A stretch of DNA of 60,084 nucleotides from Micrococcales bacterium (GCA_032127075.1 JAQAZZ010000068.1:1-60084); one strand, 5' to 3'; shown: positions 19,464 through 30,310, counted from the first letter of the stretch. Program-made: numbers and translations. Notes: a model not told the origin generated them from the sequence alone.

Positions 19464-20810
19464 ATGAACGTGGTCGTGTGGTTCCGGCGGGACCTGCGGT
19501 TGCACGACCACGGCGCGCTGGCTGCGGCCCAGGGCCACGACGTCGTCCCGTTGTTCGTGATCGACCCCCGGTTGTGGCGCGGGGCCGGGGCGCTGCGCCG
19601 CAGCCGGTTGTTGGTGTCGCTGCGGTCGCTGGATGCCGAGATCCGCGGGGCCGGCGGGCCCGGGCTGGTTGTTCGAACCGGCGACCCCGCCCGGGTCGTC
19701 GTCGACGCAGCGCGCGGCGCGGGCGCGGACCATGTGCTGTTCAGCGAGGACTTCGGCCCGTACGGGCGGCGCCGCGATGCGGCGGTCGCGGCGGCTCTGC
19801 GCGCCGCCGGAGCGGAGTTGGCCGCCACCGACACCGCCTATCTGCACGCTCCCGGCTCGATCGTGACCGGCGGCGGTTCGGGCTACTCCGTCTTCACGCC
19901 CTACTACCGCGCGTGGGCCGCCCGGGCGACGCCGGCGCCTATGGACGGCGTGGACACGGTGTTCAGCGGGGCGCTCGCCACCGAGGAGATACCCCCGCCG
20001 GAGGTTGACGTTCCGGGTGGTGAGGCGCACGCGGCCGACCAGTTGGATTCCTTCGCCGAATCGGGGCTGGACGCCTACGCTGCGGCTCGCAACCGGCCTG
20101 ATCTGGATTCCACCAGCAGGCTGGGAGCCGCCCTGCACTTCGGCGAACTGCATCCACGCACCGTCGTGGCCCGAGTCGGCGGTGTCGGCGGGCCAGCCGC
20201 GGCGTTCGTGCGGCAGCTGTGCTGGCGCGACTTCTACGCCGACGTCCTCCATCGCATCCCGTCGGCCACCTCCCAGAACATCAACCGCCGGTTCGACCGG
20301 ATGCCGTGGATCACCGGCGAGGCGGCCGACGACCTGTTCGCCAGTTGGGCCGCCGGGCAGACCGGCTACCCGTTCGTGGACGCGGGCATGAGGCAGCTGG
20401 CCGCCACCGGCTGGATGCACAACCGGGTACGGATGGTGGTGGCGTCGTTCCTCACCAAGGACTTGTTGATCCACTGGAACCGCGGCGCGCGATGGTTCCT
20501 GGAGCACCTGCTCGACGCCGATGTCGCCAACAATGCCCTCGGCTGGCAGTGGACCGCCGGTACCGGAACCGACGCTGCCCCCTACTTCCGCGTCTTCAAC
20601 CCGGTGCTGCAGGGGCTGAAGTTCGACCCCGACGGTGACTACGTGCGCACGTTCGTCCCCGAACTGCGCCACCTGCCCGCCGCAGCCGCTCACGAGCCCT
20701 GGCGGTACCCGGACGGATACGCCCACGGCTATGCACGGCGCATCGTCGACCACGCCGAGGCCCGTTCCGAAGCGCTGCGCATCTACGACGGGATCAAGGC
20801 CGCAGGGTAG
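19464..20810 (+). CDS. Deoxyribodipyrimidine photolyase / cryptochrome family
   Basis: WFRRDLRLHD, GQTGYPFVDAGMRQL, WMHNRVRM, GWQWTAG, FRVFNP. Confidence 0.95.
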   Translation: MNVVVWFRRDLRLHDHGALAAAQGHDVVPLFVIDPRLWRGAGALRRSRLLVSLRSLDAEIRGAGGPGLVVRTGDPARVVVDAARGAGADHVLFSEDFGPYGRRRDAAVAAALRAAGAELAATDTAYLHAPGSIVTGGGSGYSVFTPYYRAWAARATPAPMDGVDTVFSGALATEEIPPPEVDVPGGEAHAADQLDSFAESGLDAYAAARNRPDLDSTSRLGAALHFGELHPRTVVARVGGVGGPAAAFVRQLCWRDFYADVLHRIPSATSQNINRRFDRMPWITGEAADDLFASWAAGQTGYPFVDAGMRQLAATGWMHNRVRMVVASFLTKDLLIHWNRGARWFLEHLLDADVANNALGWQWTAGTGTDAAPYFRVFNPVLQGLKFDPDGDYVRTFVPELRHLPAAAAHEPWRYPDGYAHGYARRIVDHAEARSEALRIYDGIKAAG

Positions 20811-20886
20811 CGCCGAGTGAACAACACTCTGCCATCGGGTGAAGAGAATGCGGCTCCTGGCGGTGTTGTAGTGGCACAATGGTGCA

Positions 20887-21672
20887 ATGTTCGCCCTTGC
20901 AGTGCTATCGCTGAAGGGCGGCGTGGGAAAGACGACGGTCACGCTCGGGCTCGCCGGTGCCGCCCAGCGGGCAGGCCTGAAGACCCTGGTCGTGGATCTC
21001 GATCCACAGGCCAACGCGACACTCGGGCTCAACCCCAGGAACGCTGAACTCACCGTCAGCGATGTTCTGGCCGACGCCCGCCGGGGGGTCGCCGCCGACG
21101 CGGTGGTGGCCAGTTCCTGGGGGTCGGATGTTTCGCTGATCGCCAGCGAAGCCGCGCTCACCCACCGCAACGCCGGTGGCACGCCCGACTCGGTGCACCG
21201 CCTCCAGCGGAGCCTCCAAGGCGTCGCGGAGACCTACGACCTCGTTCTGCTGGATTGCCCCCCGTCGATGGGCGAGATCTCCCGCAACGGCCTCGTCGCC
21301 GCGACCCACGCGCTCGTCGTCACCGAGGCCGGGTACTTCGCCCTGAACGGGGCGCAGCAGGCTCTGGAATCGGTCGCCGTGGTCCGCTCGTCCACCAACC
21401 CGCAGTTGCGCGCCGCCGGGATCGTGCTCAACCGCCTGCGCGCCAGCACCAAGGAGCAGAACTACCGGCTCGCGGAGTTGCGCGCCGCCTACCCCCATTT
21501 GCTGTTGGAGCCCCCCATCCCCGAGCGTTCGGCGATCCAGCGCGCGCAGGGCGCCGGGGTGCCGCTGCATCGGGCTGGCCGCGGCGGCGCCGCCGTCGCC
21601 CGGGTGCTGGACCAGCTCCTGGCCAGGATTCAGGATCGGGCCGTGTCCCTTTCAGTAGCAGGAGTTGGATAG
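20887..21672 (+). CDS. ParA/Soj-family ATPase
   Basis: KGGVGKTT, DLDPQANAT, LLDCPPS. Confidence 0.93.
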   Translation: MFALAVLSLKGGVGKTTVTLGLAGAAQRAGLKTLVVDLDPQANATLGLNPRNAELTVSDVLADARRGVAADAVVASSWGSDVSLIASEAALTHRNAGGTPDSVHRLQRSLQGVAETYDLVLLDCPPSMGEISRNGLVAATHALVVTEAGYFALNGAQQALESVAVVRSSTNPQLRAAGIVLNRLRASTKEQNYRLAELRAAYPHLLLEPPIPERSAIQRAQGAGVPLHRAGRGGAAVARVLDQLLARIQDRAVSLSVAGVG

Positions 21673-21676
21673 AACC

Positions 21677-22111
21677 ATGCCGCAACCCCGCCCAGCGCTT
21701 CGCAGGGCCCCCGACGCCGACGTCCATCCGGCCATGGTGATCCCCATCCAAGCCGGACTGCGACCGGCGACGGTCGAAGTAGACCCACCGCCCGCGGCAA
21801 GTCCGAAGAAGAACAAGAAGGCCAAGAAGGCGGCCAAGGCCACGAAGGCGAAGAAGGCCAAGAACAAGGGCAAGAAGCCCGCAAAGGCCCAAGGCGGCGT
21901 CGCCGTCAAGTCCAAACGCTTCCTCGGCGCCGGGAGGGCGACATCGGACGTCATGTTGGCGCACTCGCCGAAGCGCGTGGCGCTCAACGTGAAAGTGCCC
22001 CGGGGGATCCGCGACGAGATCCGCGAGGTCTCGCGCATGTCCGGTGCCAGCGAAGATGATCTGGTGAGTGAATTGCTCTCGGCAGGTTTGTCAGATCCCC
22101 GCAGATGGTGA
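21677..22111 (+). CDS. Lys-rich protein with C-terminal putative ribbon-helix-helix
   Basis: KKNKKAKKAAKATKAKK tract; VALNVKVPRGIRDEIREVS...DDLVSELL beta-alpha-alpha pattern. Confidence 0.7.
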   Translation: MPQPRPALRRAPDADVHPAMVIPIQAGLRPATVEVDPPPAASPKKNKKAKKAAKATKAKKAKNKGKKPAKAQGGVAVKSKRFLGAGRATSDVMLAHSPKRVALNVKVPRGIRDEIREVSRMSGASEDDLVSELLSAGLSDPRRW

Positions 22112-22794
22112 CTCCCCACGGCGAATCAGTAGCACCCGAGGTGATGCGGGCAAGGGTGCAGTACGAGGTTCCAGGGCTGTTGGAGAACACTCTGGAGTCG
22201 ACGCCGCTGCAGCAGTTCGACAAGTGGTTCCGCGAGGCCGCCGCGGCGGGAGTTCCGGAGCCCAACGCCATGAGTCTGGCGACGGTTGGCCCCGAAGGAC
22301 CCCGCGTGCGGGTTGTGCTGGCCAAAGAGGTGGCGGCGGACGGGATCCGCTTCTTCACCAACCTCGGCTCCGCGAAGGCCGTCGAACTGCGGTACGACGC
22401 GCGTGCGGCGGTGGTGTTCGCCTGGATCTCGCAGCACCGGCAGGTGCGCTTCGCCGGCACTGTCTCCGAGCTGCCGCGCGAAGAGTGCGCCCAGTATTTC
22501 GCCAGCAGACCCCGTGAGGCGCAGGTCGGGGCGTGGGCATCGCATCAGTCCCAGGTCATCGAGTCGCGCGAATGGCTGCGCGAGCGTGTCGCAGGGGTCG
22601 CACGGGAGTTCCCGCCCGATTCGGACATCCCCCTGCCCGACCATTGGGGCGGATATCTGATCCGTCCCACGGCGGTGGAGTTCTGGCAGGGGCAGCCGTC
22701 CCGCCTGCATGATCGGATCATCCTTCGGGCGGCGGCCCCCGATGCATCGCTGGACGATTCAGCGGCGTGGAACGCGGCGCGGCTGTCGCCCTGA
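22105..22794 (+). CDS. pdxH: Pyridoxamine 5'-phosphate oxidase
   Basis: EPNAMSLAT, FFTN, YFASRPR, EFWQGQPSRLHDR. Confidence 0.96.
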   Translation: MVTPHGESVAPEVMRARVQYEVPGLLENTLESTPLQQFDKWFREAAAAGVPEPNAMSLATVGPEGPRVRVVLAKEVAADGIRFFTNLGSAKAVELRYDARAAVVFAWISQHRQVRFAGTVSELPREECAQYFASRPREAQVGAWASHQSQVIESREWLRERVAGVAREFPPDSDIPLPDHWGGYLIRPTAVEFWQGQPSRLHDRIILRAAAPDASLDDSAAWNAARLSP

Positions 22795-22888
22795 TGGCTG
22801 CCTCGGGCGGGCTTTCGGGGGAGTCAGTGACACGGGCAGCGGCTTCATCGGGTTGAATCGGACCAGGATCAGCAACCGGGAGGTGCCG

Positions 22889-24022
22889 ATGTCGGAGTTC
22901 GTTCCAGGGCTGGAAGGCGTGATCGCGTTTGAAACCGAGATCGCGGAACCCGACAGGGACGGCGGCTCGCTGCGGTATCGGGGCGTCGACATAGAAGATC
23001 TCGTCGGCCGGGTGTCCTTCGCCAACGTGTGGGGATTGCTGGTGGACAACGAGTTCAACCCGGGTCTGCCACCCGCGGAGCCCTATCCCATCCCGGTCCA
23101 TTCCGGCGATGTGCGGGTGGATGTCCAATCGGCGATCGCGATGCTGGCGCCCGGTTGGGGGTTGCGCCCGCTGTTGGACGTCGACGACGACACCGCCCGC
23201 GAGAACCTGGCGCACGTCTCGGTGATGGCCATGTCGTTCGTGGCGCAGTCCGCTCGCGGTATCGGCGTGCCGATGGTGCCGCAGTCGGAGATCGACAAAG
23301 CCCACACCATCGTCGAGCGGATGATGATCCGCTGGCGCGGCGAACCCGACCCCGCCCACGTCAAAGCCGTCGACGCCTACTTCGTGTCCGCGGCCGAGCA
23401 CGGCATGAACGCCTCAACCTTCACCAGTCGGGTCATCGCCTCCACCGGCGCCGATGTGGCGGCGGCTATCTCCGGGGCCATGGGAGCGATGTCCGGCCCG
23501 CTTCACGGCGGTGCCCCCTCGCGGGTGCTGGGCATGATCAAGGCCATCGAGGACACCGGCGACCCGCAGGGCTACGTCCGCGGTGTCCTCGACCGGGGCG
23601 AGCGCCTGATGGGATTCGGCCACCGCGTCTACCGGGCGGAGGACCCCCGTGCGCGGGTGCTGCGCCGTACTGCGCGGGAGTTGGGCGCCCCGCGGTACGA
23701 GGCTGCCGCGGCCTTGGAACAAGCCGCTCTGGCGGAGTTGCGGGAGCGGCGGCCCGACCGGGTCCTCGAGACGAATGTCGAGTTCTGGGCCGCGATCGTG
23801 TTGGACTTCGCGGAGGTCCCGCCTGACCTGTTCACGTCGATGTTCACGTGCGCCCGGCTCGCCGGGTGGAGCGCCTACATCCTGGAACAGAAGAAGACAG
23901 GCCGGCTGATCCGCCCGTCGGCCCGGTATGTCGGCCCGCGCCCGCGTCGGCCCGAACGGGTCCCCGGATGGGATTCTTTGCTGTTCACCGAATCGGGCAA
24001 CCCCACCGACAACGACGCCTGA
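22889..24022 (+). CDS. citA: Citrate synthase 2
   Basis: PGLEGVIAFET, AEHGMNASTF, GPLHGGAP, GFGHRVY, NVEFW. Confidence 0.95.
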   Translation: MSEFVPGLEGVIAFETEIAEPDRDGGSLRYRGVDIEDLVGRVSFANVWGLLVDNEFNPGLPPAEPYPIPVHSGDVRVDVQSAIAMLAPGWGLRPLLDVDDDTARENLAHVSVMAMSFVAQSARGIGVPMVPQSEIDKAHTIVERMMIRWRGEPDPAHVKAVDAYFVSAAEHGMNASTFTSRVIASTGADVAAAISGAMGAMSGPLHGGAPSRVLGMIKAIEDTGDPQGYVRGVLDRGERLMGFGHRVYRAEDPRARVLRRTARELGAPRYEAAAALEQAALAELRERRPDRVLETNVEFWAAIVLDFAEVPPDLFTSMFTCARLAGWSAYILEQKKTGRLIRPSARYVGPRPRRPERVPGWDSLLFTESGNPTDNDA

Positions 24023-25261
<1,239 letters not shown>

Positions 25262-25319
25262 GGACGGCAAGATGGGTGAGCCTGCGCCCGATCGGATGCG
25301 CAGCGCTTAACCTGTATCC

Positions 25320-25946
25320 GTGAGTGACGTCAAAGACAAGCCGAGGAGCCGAAGCGTGGACCGCCGCCCGGACCAGGTTCCCCATCATCCCAAGGTGTTG
25401 ACCGCGGGGATGATCGTCACCGGGATCGCCCTGGCGGCCATGGTCGTCTGGTTCTGGTCGGTCAGCACGGGTCCCGGGCTTGTCATCACCGCCGAGCAGC
25501 AGCGCGCCGCGGAGATCCAGGCCGCAGAAGAAGCCGAGGCCGAGGCCGCCGCCGAGCAGGACAAGACCCAGGCCGATCTCGATCGGGAGGCGGAGTCGAG
25601 GGGGGCCAAGAACAAGAAGAAGGGCGGCTCCGGCGGCAAGGGCGCCCCGCCCGCAGCGCCCGCAGCCAGCGACACCGTGACCGACCAGGTGGAGCTGACC
25701 ACCTATTCGATCCTCTCGGTCAACGGGGTGCTCAACGTTGGCGGACAGTTGGAGAACGTCGGCGTGCAGCCGCTCAGCGGCACGGTGCGGGCCTACGTGT
25801 ACATCGACAGTGAGCCCGTCGCGACCGCCACCACGGAGATCACCGGGCTGGAGCCCGGGAAGAGCACCAAAGTGAACATGGTCAGCGACAGTGAGTACCA
25901 GCCGGGCGAGAAGGTGGTCCTGTTGGAGTTCGAATCGCGCAAGTAG
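25320..25946 (+). CDS. Single-TM protein with C-terminal Ig-like (FxLYD-like) domain
   Basis: N-terminal TM, charged linker, VGGQLENVG...LEPGKS beta-sandwich pattern; TAACCT -10 before GTG. Confidence 0.65.
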   Translation: MSDVKDKPRSRSVDRRPDQVPHHPKVLTAGMIVTGIALAAMVVWFWSVSTGPGLVITAEQQRAAEIQAAEEAEAEAAAEQDKTQADLDREAESRGAKNKKKGGSGGKGAPPAAPAASDTVTDQVELTTYSILSVNGVLNVGGQLENVGVQPLSGTVRAYVYIDSEPVATATTEITGLEPGKSTKVNMVSDSEYQPGEKVVLLEFESRK

Positions 25947-25985
25947 CCGCCGTTGCCGCCACCACGATCACGTAGCCTCCTTGCT

Positions 25986-26072
25986 GTGGACCCTCGCACC
26001 CGGCGGATGGTGACGGTGGCAGTGCTGGCGCTGCTGATCGCGATCGTCGTCGCCGGAGCCCTGTTCCGGTGA
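25986..26072 (+). CDS. 28-aa single-pass membrane peptide
   Basis: MDPRTRRMVTVAVLALLIAIVVAGALFR*; TAGCCT -10 seven nt upstream; GTGA overlap with next gene. Confidence 0.65.
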   Translation: MDPRTRRMVTVAVLALLIAIVVAGALFR

Positions 26073-27904
26073 GCGGCCGTGTCCCGGCTCTGATCGCGGG
26101 TGTCCTGGTCGCCGTATTCGCAGCCCTTCCTGCCTCCGCTTCGGCCGCGTCCGGCGATGCTGAGGAACTTCTGGCCGAGTACGCCCCGGTCGTGGTGCTG
26201 CGCGAGCAGCCTGCCGAGTGCGGGCCCGGCGAGCCGTACCGGCCCGTGCCGGTGGATGTTGTGCTGGACCGTGCCGATGTAGCGCTTCGTGACGCTGACG
26301 GCCGCGAGGTCGTCCGAGCTCCGAGCGCGGAAGATCTGCAGGGCCGACCCGACGGCGATTACCTGGACTTCCCCGGCGACCCGCTCGACCCGGCGTGCGA
26401 CTACGAGAGGTGGTTCGACCGGATCGGCGCCGAGACCCGCGCCGCGGTCTATGGCCGGGTGGCGGCGGACCCCGCCCACCCCGGCATGACCGTGGTCCAG
26501 TACTGGTTCTGGTGGGTCTTCAACGATTGGAACGACCGCCACGAGGGTGACTGGGAGATGGTCCAGCTCACCTTCGACGCTCCGAACGCCACAGCCGCGC
26601 TGACGGTGCCGCCGAGCACGGTCGCGTTCGCCCAGCACGAGGGCGCCCAGGTGGCCGAGTGGGACGATCCCCAGGTTCACCGGGAGGGCTCTCATGTCGC
26701 CGTCTACCCCGGCGAGGGGTCGCACGCGGCGTACTTCACCCAATCGCAGTGGTTCGGAAAGAGTTCCACCGCCGGCTTCGGCTGCGACAACACCTCCATC
26801 GGGGGCGGGATCGGGGCTGAACTGCTGCGGCCGCGCGTACTGTCCCTCGACGACGCCGACCCGCCCGCCTGGTTGTCCTTCGAAGGCCGTTGGGGCGAGA
26901 AGGAGTTGTCGTTCAACAACGGCCCGACCGGACCGAATATGAAGACGCAGTGGCAGCACCCGGTCTCTTGGACAGTGCAGGAGGGCCGTCCGGACGCCGT
27001 TGCGCTGCCGCCCCTTCCGGGGGCGGCGGAGGGGGCGTTCTGTTCGATGACCGCCGCGGGATCGTCGCTGCTGGCGTCGGCGATCGACCGGCCGCTATGG
27101 CTGCTTGTGCTCGTGGTCGCGGCTGGCGGGGCTGGCCTGCTGATCTGGCATTCCACCCGCTGGGGCGGATCCCCGCCCCAAGCAGATGCGGAGCGCAGGG
27201 CAGGTCAGATCCTGGTCGGCCCGTGGCATTTGATCCGCAGGCAGCCCCTGCCGCTGCTCGGCCTTGCGCTGGGGCTCGCAGCGGTGCTCACCCTGGTGGG
27301 CTGGGTGCAGCAGCAGGCGGTCCAAGCAGGCGGCCAGGACGACGTGACGATGGTGGGCGCGCTGCAAGTCTCCTGGGTGGGGATTGTCACGGTCGTGTGC
27401 GTGTCGGTGGGTGCTTGGGTACTGACGGCGATCGCCGCGGCGGGGGCGGGCGGCGTCACAGCCGGGACGGGGGCCGCTGCGGGGGCGCGCGCGTGGCGGG
27501 TCTACCTCGCCACGTATCTGGTGATCGCGGCTAGCGCCGCGGTGGTCGTGCTGCTGCCGGTGTCGCTGATTCTGGCGGCGCGCTGGGCGGCGGCACCGGG
27601 GGCGGCGGCGACAGAAGGGCTGGGGGTCCGCGCCTCGTGGCGGCGCAGCACAGCACTCACGCACGGCAGGCGCTGGCGCTCGCTGGGGATCACCCTGGGC
27701 CTGTTCGCGCTGGTCTGCCTGCCGGGGCCGGCGATCGGGGCGTTCCTGCTGCTGCTGACGCCCTTGCCTTTCGCGGTCGTCAATCTGGTCACGGTTGTGT
27801 TGCTGTCGCTGGGCGTGGCGCTCGGGGGTGTGGGGCTGGTGTTGCACTTCCTCGACCTGAGGCGGCGCACTCCCGGGCCGGGGTCCGATAGCCTGCCCGA
27901 GTGA
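26069..27904 (+). CDS. Exported Vps62/NPP1-like (HEGDWE) domain fused to polytopic membrane domain
   Basis: Signal peptide; QYWFWW.FNDWNDRHEGDWE; GSHAAYF; W..F.GRWG...GPTGP; several C-terminal TM helices. Confidence 0.75.
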   Translation: MSGRVPALIAGVLVAVFAALPASASAASGDAEELLAEYAPVVVLREQPAECGPGEPYRPVPVDVVLDRADVALRDADGREVVRAPSAEDLQGRPDGDYLDFPGDPLDPACDYERWFDRIGAETRAAVYGRVAADPAHPGMTVVQYWFWWVFNDWNDRHEGDWEMVQLTFDAPNATAALTVPPSTVAFAQHEGAQVAEWDDPQVHREGSHVAVYPGEGSHAAYFTQSQWFGKSSTAGFGCDNTSIGGGIGAELLRPRVLSLDDADPPAWLSFEGRWGEKELSFNNGPTGPNMKTQWQHPVSWTVQEGRPDAVALPPLPGAAEGAFCSMTAAGSSLLASAIDRPLWLLVLVVAAGGAGLLIWHSTRWGGSPPQADAERRAGQILVGPWHLIRRQPLPLLGLALGLAAVLTLVGWVQQQAVQAGGQDDVTMVGALQVSWVGIVTVVCVSVGAWVLTAIAAAGAGGVTAGTGAAAGARAWRVYLATYLVIAASAAVVVLLPVSLILAARWAAAPGAAATEGLGVRASWRRSTALTHGRRWRSLGITLGLFALVCLPGPAIGAFLLLLTPLPFAVVNLVTVVLLSLGVALGGVGLVLHFLDLRRRTPGPGSDSLPE

Positions 27905-27913
27905 GGAGATCGG

Positions 27914-28186
27914 ATGGCTGAGGACGGCGACTTGCCCGAGGACGTCAAACCCCTCGATGTGGATGGTGTGACGGCTGTCGCGATCGGCACGGTCTTGTGG
28001 CTCGTCGCCCTGGTCGTTCTGCTGTTGATGCGCGACCGGCTGGCCGAGACCGATTCGCAGTGGTGGATCTGGGTGGCGGCTACTGGCGCGGCCCTCGGCC
28101 CGCCCGGGCTCTGGTACACGATGCGGCGTCGCTCCGCCTACCGCAGGCAGGAGCAGCAGCCGGCGGCTGCCGGCGGTGGGGAATGA
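27914..28186 (+). CDS. DUF2530 membrane protein
   Basis: V..GTVLWLVAL, WWIW; synteny with serC region. Confidence 0.8.
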   Translation: MAEDGDLPEDVKPLDVDGVTAVAIGTVLWLVALVVLLLMRDRLAETDSQWWIWVAATGAALGPPGLWYTMRRRSAYRRQEQQPAAAGGGE

Positions 28187-28980
28187 GCGCGACGGACGTC
28201 CTCGCACCCGGCTCCCTCACCGGCAGGACCGCGTGGGTGAGCGGGGCGGGAACTGGGATCGGCAGGGCCATCGCAGTGGGCCTCGGCGGCTTGGGGGCAT
28301 CGGTATTCTGCGTCGGACGTCGGACCGGGCCGTTGACCGAAACCGTCGCGGCCATCGCTGAGCTGGGCGGAACCGCGGTGGCGCACAGCGCCGACGTGCG
28401 GGAGCCGGACGCTGTCGAGGAGGCGGTAGACGCTGCCGTGTCCGCCTTCGGCGGACTCGACACCGTGGTCAACAACGCCGGCGGCCAGTTCGTCGCTCCG
28501 GCGCAGGCCATCACGGAGAACGGCTTCCGTGCTGTCACCCGGTTGAATCTCGACGCGGTCTGGCGGGTGACGACACGAATCGCGGCCCGCTGCCTGATCC
28601 CCGCCGGCTACGGCAAAGTTGTGTCCATCACCATGACTCCGCGCCGCGGCATGCCGGGGATGTCCCATTCCTCCGCTGCCCGCGCCGGGGTGGAGAGCCT
28701 GACCGCGACGTGGGCCCAGGAGTGGGGCCGATATGGCATCCGCACTTCGGCCGTGGCCCCCGGCATCGTCCACACCGAGGCGTGGGAGGCCAAGTACGGG
28801 CTGGACCCCGATCAGGTGTCGCGCGTGATCCCCGTGGGGCGACTGCAGCGGCCCGATGAGATCGCCGCACTCGTGGCGTTCCTCGTCTCGGAGGCGGGCG
28901 ACTACATCACCGGTCAGACATTCGTCGCCGACGGCGGCTGGGACCTCGCCGGCCCTGCGGCGGCTCTCAGCGGCAACTGA
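28183..28980 (+). CDS. SDR oxidoreductase (trans-2-enoyl-CoA/2,4-dienoyl-CoA reductase-like)
   Basis: SGAGTGIG, NNAGGQF, HSSAARAGV. Confidence 0.9.
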   Translation: MSATDVLAPGSLTGRTAWVSGAGTGIGRAIAVGLGGLGASVFCVGRRTGPLTETVAAIAELGGTAVAHSADVREPDAVEEAVDAAVSAFGGLDTVVNNAGGQFVAPAQAITENGFRAVTRLNLDAVWRVTTRIAARCLIPAGYGKVVSITMTPRRGMPGMSHSSAARAGVESLTATWAQEWGRYGIRTSAVAPGIVHTEAWEAKYGLDPDQVSRVIPVGRLQRPDEIAALVAFLVSEAGDYITGQTFVADGGWDLAGPAAALSGN

Positions 28981-29010
28981 GGCCGCCGCAGGCGCAGGCC
29001 CTGCAACGGA

Positions 29011-30210
29011 TCAGGGAAGCTTGACGTGCCCGTTCTTCATCTTCCACATGAAGTACTTCTCGAAGGCCACCTTGAACGCATGGTTCTGCGGGCCGGGGAT
29101 CATGACGCTGTGCTTGCGGGGCGGCAGCATCTTGTCCGCGAGGATCATCACGCCGTTGTTGCCGGCGTCCATGACGCAGATCGCCTTCATGTCGGCGAAC
29201 TCCTTGTGCTCGCTGACCGGTTCACCCTTGATCTGGTGCACGACGTTGTCCGCCGCAACCCGGGCCATGACCTCGGTCGGGAAGCCCGTCTTGGGCAGCC
29301 CGGTCGGCGTCGGCGTCTGCCAGGGGACGTCCACCGCCGCTGATATGCCGGCGGCGTACACGTTGTCGAACTTGTCGCTCTGCCAGGTGTCACGCACCTT
29401 GACGTAGCCCTTGTCGTCGGACAGGACCGAGTCTTTGACCACATCCTGGCCGGAGAACGGCGGGATGATCATCGCGTAGGAGAAGGGCAGCTCCCGGCCG
29501 TCGGCGAGTTTCACCGAGTCGGTGTCGATCGACTCCATGCCCACGCTCATGACGGCATCGATCTTCTCCTTCTTGAGGAACATCTTCAGCAGGCTTTCGC
29601 CGTGGGGCAGCCCGCCGATGCCGAAGTGCCCGAGGAAGGGCTCACTGGATACGTACGTCAGTTTCACCTGATCCTTCAGTCCGGCTTTGCGCAGCTGGTG
29701 GGACAGGTTGAACAGGTATTCGTAGGCGGCGCCGAAGCAGCCGGAGGACTGCGTGGCACCAACCACGACATCACCAGGATTCTTCAGGAACCGCTGCCAC
29801 GCCTCGCCGGCCTTGATGGCGTCTTCCAGCGTCGTGATGGTCACCGCGTTGCCCTCGGCCAGGCCGGGCACGATGTGCATGTTGTTCTTGTAGCCCGTGG
29901 CGATGATCAGGTAGTCGTAGCGGTAGTCCTTGCCTCCAGCGGTGACCTGCTGGATGTCCGGCTCGATCTTCGTCGCCGCGGCGTGGATGAACTCCACACC
30001 GTGCTGGTCGAAGGTGGGGGCCACGGGGAACGTGATGTCCTCAGGCGTGCGTTTGCCGAAGGGCAGCCAGATCAGCGATGGGTTGAAGAGGAAGCGATCG
30101 CTGGCGGAGATGACCGTGACATCAACATCGTCCTCCAGTGCGTGCTTGACGTGCAGTGCGGCGTTGATCCCCGCGAAGTTGCCGCCGAGAATCAGAACCT
30201 TCTGTGCCAT
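29011..30210 (-). CDS. sqr: Sulfide:quinone oxidoreductase-family flavoprotein
   Basis: GGNFAG, FNPSLIW, GCFGAAYE, EPFLGHFGIGG, PKTGF, AICVMDAG, K.AFEKYF. Confidence 0.85.
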   Translation of the reverse strand: MAQKVLILGGNFAGINAALHVKHALEDDVDVTVISASDRFLFNPSLIWLPFGKRTPEDITFPVAPTFDQHGVEFIHAAATKIEPDIQQVTAGGKDYRYDYLIIATGYKNNMHIVPGLAEGNAVTITTLEDAIKAGEAWQRFLKNPGDVVVGATQSSGCFGAAYEYLFNLSHQLRKAGLKDQVKLTYVSSEPFLGHFGIGGLPHGESLLKMFLKKEKIDAVMSVGMESIDTDSVKLADGRELPFSYAMIIPPFSGQDVVKDSVLSDDKGYVKVRDTWQSDKFDNVYAAGISAAVDVPWQTPTPTGLPKTGFPTEVMARVAADNVVHQIKGEPVSEHKEFADMKAICVMDAGNNGVMILADKMLPPRKHSVMIPGPQNHAFKVAFEKYFMWKMKNGHVKLP

Positions 30211-30274
30211 TGTGTGACTCCATCCGTTGTTCCTGCGATGGGGATCGCCCATCTCACTGTCCATCGTCCCGTCG

Positions 30275-30292
30275 GTACGCCCCCGGGTATCC
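30275..30292. promoter_or_regulatory. Candidate CsoR/CstR-type operator upstream of sqr
   Basis: TAC-GCCCCCGG-GTA; minus strand GGATACCCGGGGGCGTAC. Confidence 0.5.
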
Positions 30293-30310
30293 CGCAAAGG
30301 CCCCGTAAGC

